From Catajapyx aquilonaris (taxonomy: Eukaryota), in the NCBI GenBank assembly GCA_000934665.2, contig KZ538826.1, forward strand, positions 1 to 45,828: a stretch of 45,828 nt of DNA. The letters are read 5' to 3'. Of this stretch, positions 38,752 through 45,828 are shown piece by piece. The translations under genes and the position numbers were made by a program. Under the pieces are notes generated by a model. The model searched no databases. It saw only the letters and a list, made by a program, of their open reading frames with translations, and was not told the origin of the DNA. Each line of letters begins with the position of its first letter. Position 1 is the stretch's first letter.

Positions 38752-41279
38752 GCACTGTGTTCAAAATATCTGGGTCCTTTCAGTTATCTCAAATTTCGCC
38801 AGATGATGTTATTTTTGTGTAGCTTTTTACTCCTCGTTGAAGGTGCTTAACTATTCTCAGTGGTGATCGAAAATAGTAGTTGAGCACCTAGATCGGGGGC
38901 GATCGGGGGTCAAAAGGTTACACAAAAATAACAACTTCCGGTCGAAATTTGCTATAACTAAAATAACCCCAACACTTGGAACACGCCGCATTTAAATTCC
39001 TCATCTTATGACATGTGCATAGGTAGTACCAGAACTGAATCAAGTTTATCCTGACTTCCTGACAGTGGATGGCCTATCCTTCAGGATAAACTTGATTCAG
39101 GTTGGGTATTCTAATAAATTGTGCTGGCAACTGTACAGTATGTCAAGTTCTCTTACAAGCTTGAAGTGTTCAATAATTGTAGCAGTGTACAGAGAGATTC
39201 ATCAAATTATCCCAACAAAGTGCTACGTTGTTCAGACTATAAAGTTGAAACTGGAAAGCACGGTTAATTAAAGAAAACTGTGCTTGGAGCGGTGTTGGCA
39301 ATTTAATACATTATTACTTCCCAAAACTGAAAACGAAGATGGTTGCATCTCTGGCACTGATATGCCTGAAGCAAATTACATGCAATTATCAGTCCTCGTA
39401 GCGAATTTCACAGGTGAGGAGGACGACAAAGAGAGAAACAGAGGAGGGGTAATGTACGGGTGCCCTTGCCCAGTGTCACCTTCATGCAGTATGCCCAGGT
39501 TCAATTTCCAAGCTCGGCACCAGGCGTTCCGTGCATTTCAGATCGAGTTATACGCGGCTTCTTCGTCATACTGTTTGCAGGGCTTGTTTCACCTCTCCCG
39601 GGCAAGAAAACATGACATTATTATTCTGTTCAACGCAGGCTTCAGTTTCAATCATTATTCCTGTTCGCTTAAATATTTTTGCAATATGTTACAATGGTGC
39701 TCGACATTGAGTATTAAAATAGCACGTTTCGGCATAGTTTCGAAGCAACAGAAAATGTTATTCACAAATTACTGATGCATATGTGAGAGACAAATATTTG
39801 ATACAAAAATATTATAATAATATAAATAATGCTATCATATTAATTTATACCCCCAGTGTTTCAACATGCATCTCGAGTGAATATGACAATAAACGTATTA
39901 CATACCCAGTACAGTATTATGTGCCTTCGAAAAATAAACAAAAGCGATTTTCAAAGCAGCACAAAATATTTGGATTGAATGAGCTCTCCAGTAAACAGAA
40001 TACACAGAACTGTATGTTTTCGTTTATTCAGTCGAACGGACTCCTGCGTATGTGTCATTTGTCGTATTTTATACGCGAGTAGATATGAGACACTGTACCG
40101 GAGATATTTCAGAGTTGTCGTCATCATTTTATACGCTACCTTTTTATATCATTAGAGGTAGACAAGCTCTCACAATATGGTCCGTTGAGCCCACTGCAAT
40201 TACGTGGAGTAATTTGTGCTGCTTATCGAGCGAATATCATGGTCAGTAATTGACAATCTCTTACATTACAGGTGAAGGTAATTTGGCGACAGACTTTTCC
40301 GCTTCGTGTGTCAGAAATGAAAGGAACGTGCAAAAGTTATAACGCAATATAATACGTATACAGTACAGGCTTTCGCTAAATATAGACCCACAATATTACG
40401 GCCTTACCCCTATAGTTATTCGTAGTCACGTTACATGTGTCCTGCGCCTTTTCTCACAAACGAAACTGTCCTTTAGCTTTTTCATGAATACTACCATTGC
40501 GGCACATTGTACAATTCAAAGAGACGACTCCTAGTCGAGGTTTCAGTGTCATCTACAGCTCTATATAGATCTCAGAAGCCGCATGATCAAAGAGAATCAA
40601 AATAATGTACTGTATGTGTCCAGTACAGTGCGTGATCTATTCCGTTCAAGCTTAAAGGAAGCTCTGAACTATTATTTTATAGAACCATCTACTAGTCCAA
40701 CATGAGGACTTACGGAGATACAGTAAGACCTCGCAAAGACGCTAAGAATGATAATTTCCATGATACTTGTGTCAAATGCATAGAATAACATTTCTAGGCG
40801 CATTTTCAGGAGTGTCATTCTGCCTCAAGTTATCGCGTGTTGGTTGGATGACAATATCGATTGGTCAGCACTGCCATAGAAGAGTGAACGCAGTATATGT
40901 ATTATTATCGTCTCTTTCAGAACATAACCGGCAGATCAGCATCTTAGTGTGCTTTTAAAAAATTCCAGTTATTATTCAATAACAGTCAGGATAAATTCAC
41001 CATACAACATGCTGAAGTACGCTGATTATGTGATGGGCGACACATAATGACGCCATGCAGTGACATTATGTCCTTATATGCATGACACAAAATATTTTTC
41101 TGGAACTACCCTGCCTAAATATTGACAAAAGCAACACCACTAACAGGACAAATTTCTTTACCTTTTTTACGAATATTCCGGGAACAGTACAATGACATAA
41201 GTTTCTGATTAAATAGTACCACATTCAAATATTTACAGCTACACAGTTTCATTCTCATTGAGACTAGTAGACACATGAA

Positions 41280-41525
41280 TTTTGTATAATCCCAATTCCG
41301 GTATTCCTATATCCCTCCATTCTATCGTCTACTCCAGGTCTACTCCAACAATTCAATACTATACTGGATACATGCTTTCGTCAGTCTCCTCCCAGAAATG
41401 TTTGAATAAACCGAGCCAATAGAGCCTAACACAATCTTCAAAATACTCACATCTCAAAGCTATTCCAATGTGACTCTGATTGTTGGCATTTCATCTGTAT
41501 TACATCCGTACAGTATTACACACTT
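41280..41525 (-). mobile_element. Decayed RTE-clade LINE 3' fragment
   Basis: VILYGCNT (llYGcEtW), NSFEM*VF*RL (aFEMw.yRr.l) and DRMEGYR (v.RM...R) occur in order. Confidence 0.45.
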
Positions 41526-41667
41526 GCCATTCCATTCTCCTCCTATATTTAAAAAAACTTTCGCAACGTGTGTGACCATTGTGGGGAAGTTCGCGGTCTG
41601 TATTTTATTAATGAATTTTCCCCCAACCGATCTAGGCAAATGATAGCATGTATTATAGATTTATAGC

Positions 41668-41950
41668 CTATTTTTCAAAGTCTCCCTGAGACACTGGCCA
41701 ACTTGTTCCACCAGAAGACAATTTCTTCAATTCCCCACTTAAAGGCCATTCCTCCATATTGCGAAGCTGCACCTTTTACCTCCTATTCCGATCAAAACTT
41801 TTCAACTAATTTTTTTTTAGATCTCATATGAGGTGAAACTCTCTGGGTTCAAGGTCGGAACTACAGGGAAGGTGTTTCGGGATCTTCCAGAGCTTCTTCA
41901 GCACTATACATAGGCCACATGCGGCTGGGCGTGGTAGTGAAGGAGACAAA
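41668..41950 (-). mobile_element. mariner (DD34D) transposase 3' remnant
   Basis: CLLHYHAQPHVA (HDNARPH), WKIPKHLPCSSDLEPREFHLI*DLKK (W..l.HPPYSPDLAPSDFHLF..LK) and FKWGIEEIVFWWNK...G..EK* (GI.kLv.RW.KC...GdY.EK). Confidence 0.8.
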
Positions 41951-41982
41951 AACCTTCCCCTTCCCCTCGCGATTCTCGGCTT

Positions 41983-42219
41983 GAGGTTTTGAAACAGCCT
42001 CCCTCTTAGTCTCCATCTTGGGGGCAGTGACTTCCTCCTCTTTGGTCCTTTTAAAACTAATGCTCTGGCTGGAGAGAAATCCTCATTAGAAGAAGTGAAA
42101 ATAACGTAGCTGGCCAGCTAAAAAAAAATAGTATTCCAGTGGGAAAAGTGCACCAGTATTTCCTAAAAAAACAGTGAAAAAATATACAGGAATGTATACT
42201 TTCATTTGACTGTCTCGCA
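41983..42219 (+). mobile_element. Second mariner transposase 3' remnant in opposite orientation
   Basis: EVLKQPPS..LGGSDFLLFGPFK (EvL.HPPYSPDLAPSDFhLFGPlK), then EEVK and QWEKCT, ending in the TIR-like TTTCATTTGACTGTCTCGCA. Confidence 0.7.
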
Positions 42220-42689
42220 ACATTTTAATTGAAAATCATTTGCAAAAATTGACATTATCCTATGATATAGTAATTGATTTATTAGGCTCGTAACTTGGTA
42301 CATCTAGACCTATATAGCCACATAATTTGGCCAGTGTTCCTGTCATTCAAGTTAAGTAAAAAAATACTTACTAAAAATTTCTAAAAATGCATAGTATAGA
42401 CTACATTGCTTTTACCTTCTGACCGAAGAGACGTCAATAAATGGGTATAGCTAGAGGCACAGTTATAAAGGGGTGTAAATGGTATGCACCGTGCATCGTC
42501 AATCCAATTTCAGGTGATTCATAGCTCTATTCGAGTGTGAAGTAGGAGTTTTCGTCTGCCAAACGGCAAGGTGTGACATCAGTGATGGAAATGTTATTGA
42601 ACTGCTTTCGAGTAAACCAAAAACTGCAAGTTCCATAATATGTCTTACACTTACACATTCGACGGCTGTGTTTTTGGGTTTCTTATGTC

Positions 42690-43175
42690 AGGCTTCATTA
42701 TCTTCCGCAGAATGTACTTCTCAGTGTTTTCCACCCAAGATGCAGGCCAAAAGAGGGGATGGGGAGAATAGTTCACTGCCAATATGCATATGGCTCGCAT
42801 GTGCAAAAGAAAGCCCTAAACGTGGCCAATCTGGAGTGGAATTCGCATGCGGCCCTGTAGTGACACTAATCCATCAACTTTATTCAGTTCCTCCTTTCTG
42901 GACCCTCAACTTGGGCAGAAAACCACTATTATGTAATGCTTGGACTGGGGAAATTCTTGTCCCTATTCACGAAGAGTCTTCATATTATGAAATACGACGC
43001 CATCATTTTGCGTGGTCAGAAATTTTATTAGAACAATATTACATAGCGCAGTGGACCATGTTACTCTCGGATTAATACTATAGGCATTGTTCTGCAGAAC
43101 AGAGTGACGTATGGATAGAATTGACCGTGAAAAACAACATAACTTGGAAGAGCATAGTCGAGGCGACGTCAAGCT
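42690..43175 (-). mobile_element. Ty3/gypsy pol remnant (RNase H end, connection region, integrase zinc-finger start)
   Basis: SPRL.., TTQND.., RKEELNKVDGLVSLQGRMRIP (r.ELs..dGll..g.R..IP), AHASH and LFWP..ENTEKYI (H..H.G....vfWP.m..dIe.yv) occur in order with frameshifts. Confidence 0.6.
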
Positions 43176-44969
43176 GCCTATTTACAGCTGATAATTTGCC
43201 TATGTAATTTACGGCGTGAAAAGACACTAAATACATTCAAATTTCCATAGTCAAAAGGGCCTAACTTTCCATTTTAATTGAAGGGGGGCAGTTGGCATTT
43301 GACACAGAGTAATTATGTCCATATGAATACTGTATGAACCTATTCTTCAAGTACTGGAGAATTTGTAAAATACCGTGTTTCGAAATTAAGTTTTCACCCT
43401 TATCGATTGAAATGTCTCGGACTCTCCTGCGTCAAGTTGGTATTCTTGAGTGCGCCATTTTAGTCCGAACAAAACGAGCACCTTCCCTCCTCCTCCTCCT
43501 CCTCCTCGGGGTACCAGCAGGATTTGTGAGCGCACGTGACATTTCTACCGATACAGATGTAAGCTGAATTATGGAACAAACGATATATTTCGAACAATAT
43601 GCTAGACGACACGTCACATTCATTATTGATCACTTACGTACGTACTCCACCCATACTCGCTAGCAACAAGACTGGGAAAGTGATGTACTTGCAACAGGAT
43701 TAGACATCCCCATCATTTTGATAAGGACTGTACACTGACGTGTTCATTTGACGCCTGTAATTCCTGTTAATTTCTCTAACAAAGAATCGATGACACTGAG
43801 ATAAAGAAAAGGCTGGCGGCCAAAGGACAGCTTCTAACAGAGACGTAGAAATACTTTAAGTCCTCCCTCCCTCCCTTCCCCCTCCCATCCCCGGAAGAGG
43901 ACCAGTGGCACCAGCTCGTTTCGCAGTAATCCAAGATAGACGGAAATAGGAATCAGTGATCCTTTTCCTCACTGGAGTACATCCTGCTCCTTTCTCAGAA
44001 CTTTAAGCAAGGAAAGGCTTAGAAACCCAATTGACATGCAGTCCGTTTAAGTTCCCTCAGGACAATCTGCGGCGCTTAAAAGGATTCGACTCTACTACTC
44101 GTCTCGTTTCTATTGGATCGCAACCCAATTATTTATCCAATCTCTGCCGCGCTCAATAGCTCACCAAACTTTTTAAATTCATTCTTTTTGGGGATATGTC
44201 TGAGATACTGCATGCAAGGCTGCCCAGCATAGGATACAGACTGTACAAATCGGTCCTAACAAGACGGAAATGTATTATGTGCAGATTCCGAAATTCTCTC
44301 TATACCGCCCAGCTTTTGAGTACACTTCTCGCGGTTTGCAAGTTATGATCAGAGAACCAATGGTATATCATTTACACGCCAGTGTAATCTTACTACAGCA
44401 GTGGGGACAGGGCGAGTTCGTGATTTGTCACTCCTGGCAATGTACTCACAGTCAGAGGCATTTGTAACAATAGAATAATACCCAAACCTAATGCCAAACC
44501 TGCACTGATGTTCGAATGCGGACCAGAGACTAATCCATCAATACTTCGTATACACTAACTTGTCGTGTAACCTTTTCCGTCATCTGACATGTGATGTAAC
44601 CTTAAAACGGACATTGTCTGATGTTATCAATCGTTAACATGTCACGTCTATTTTCAAATTCACATCTCTGGTGACCTTTAATGTGACCTTTAATGTAACG
44701 TGTAATCTCTACCGTGTAATAATGCAACTTTAAAAATGATTAAGCGATTACAAGTAGAAAAATAAATTGCTAAAAAAACCATCATCATTGCCGCTTTTCT
44801 ACCGTATGTCATGCAGGATTATAACGTGACATATTAATAAAAAATCGGATAAATTTTTTCTTCCAGTCACAAGAATTACTGACACTTTGTTAAAACTTTT
44901 AAACCCAATTTTGGAGAAAAGGGATAAGAAAAAAAAGACATGAATATTTCCCCAGCGTGGACAGCTAGG

Positions 44970-45225
44970 AGATCGAAAACACCCTTGGACCACATTTTTA
45001 TGTATGGCTAGTTGTCCACCAGAATTTCACGCCTGTCTGACATTCAGAATTCAATTCGCACGACACCCCACGGCATAGAAGTTCCGTGTAACAGGAATAT
45101 CCGGTGTGAGCAGAGCATGGACACCGTGGTAATGACGGAGAAGCCCATTTACAAATGGACGGTGACAATACTGGTCCTGAGAGTTGTTTACGGGTGTGGA
45201 TATTTCATTTCATGGTATCGGCGCC
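44970..45225 (+). mobile_element. Possible very old Tc1-family transposase fragment
   Basis: IQF..D.PRH.S (FQQDGAP.H), then W..RRSP and KW....CGYFISW (WP.RSPDL.PcDyflW) across frames. The match is weak. Confidence 0.3.
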
Positions 45226-45828
45226 TATAGAAATCGCCGAATAATTTTTGAAAAACCATGGAAATTGTCAGATGCGGGTATGACAATTAATCAGAATGAA
45301 ATATTCAGTTCAACTGTTCAAGCTCATGGCCCTACATAATTATAATCAGGTGTTTTTAAAATGTTTTTTTTTTCCTTACTATGTCCAATTCTTCATTTAG
45401 ATTCAAAATAATAACAAAATAATTATTCAGTATAATTATTAATTATAGAAAGTGCTTTTTAATAGTTGTCTCGGGGTATGACAAACATTTGATGCAACAA
45501 TTCCTATGAATAGCCTATTGCACGTATCCTTCGAAATAGGCAAGAAGATGGGGTTTGATAGAGGCTGCTTACATCACAGGTCCGAAATATGAAACTGTGC
45601 ACAAGCCAAAATGTTGGCCTGTCCATATGTGCATATGAGATTTAATATGCTTCGCCCATTGTTGTCTTGATCCTCATTTCCAGGAGTGATGTGAGAAAAG
45701 TTACTACGGTATTATTCCGGCTACTCAAATAGTCAAATAATATTCAGAACAGGCTGGTTATTTCATTTGTTAATAAGCGTGATATGTCTATCCATAAGAA
45801 GGTTGCTTATTGAAAGGCACAATATAGG

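Noticed and set aside
44671..44700. GTGACCTTTAAT tandem duplication as a nuclear-receptor direct repeat
   Set aside because: A two-unit micro-duplication is common by slippage; there is no other support.

Overview
Eukaryotic, most likely arthropod (insect-like), genomic DNA. It is AT-rich and nearly gene-free, and contains microsatellites, poly-G/C tracts and small N gaps. The only clear intact coding piece is the first coding exon (3065-3230, - strand) of a rhodopsin-class GPCR: a short N-terminus plus TM1 ending at a phase-1 GTAAG donor, with the remaining exons presumably left of the window. In its presumed first coding intron, on the same strand, lie a tRNA-Gln-derived copy with an altered anticodon loop (2828-2898) and the C-terminal half of a divergent Ionotropic Receptor carrying an in-frame TAA (79-627). 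The ~42 kb upstream is a transposon graveyard. Structurally well-defined non-autonomous elements are a Helitron, a hAT MITE with 8-bp TSD, a Sola-like MITE with 4-bp TSD, a young Tc1/mariner-type long-TIR MITE, a Foldback-like element with palindromic subrepeats and pogo-like elements. There is also a tRNA-derived SINE and decayed mariner, Ty3/gypsy and LINE coding remnants. I found no convincing wholly new system; the best leads are listed as findings. Almost all supplied ORFs look spurious. All family assignments are by-eye motif recognition, not database searches.
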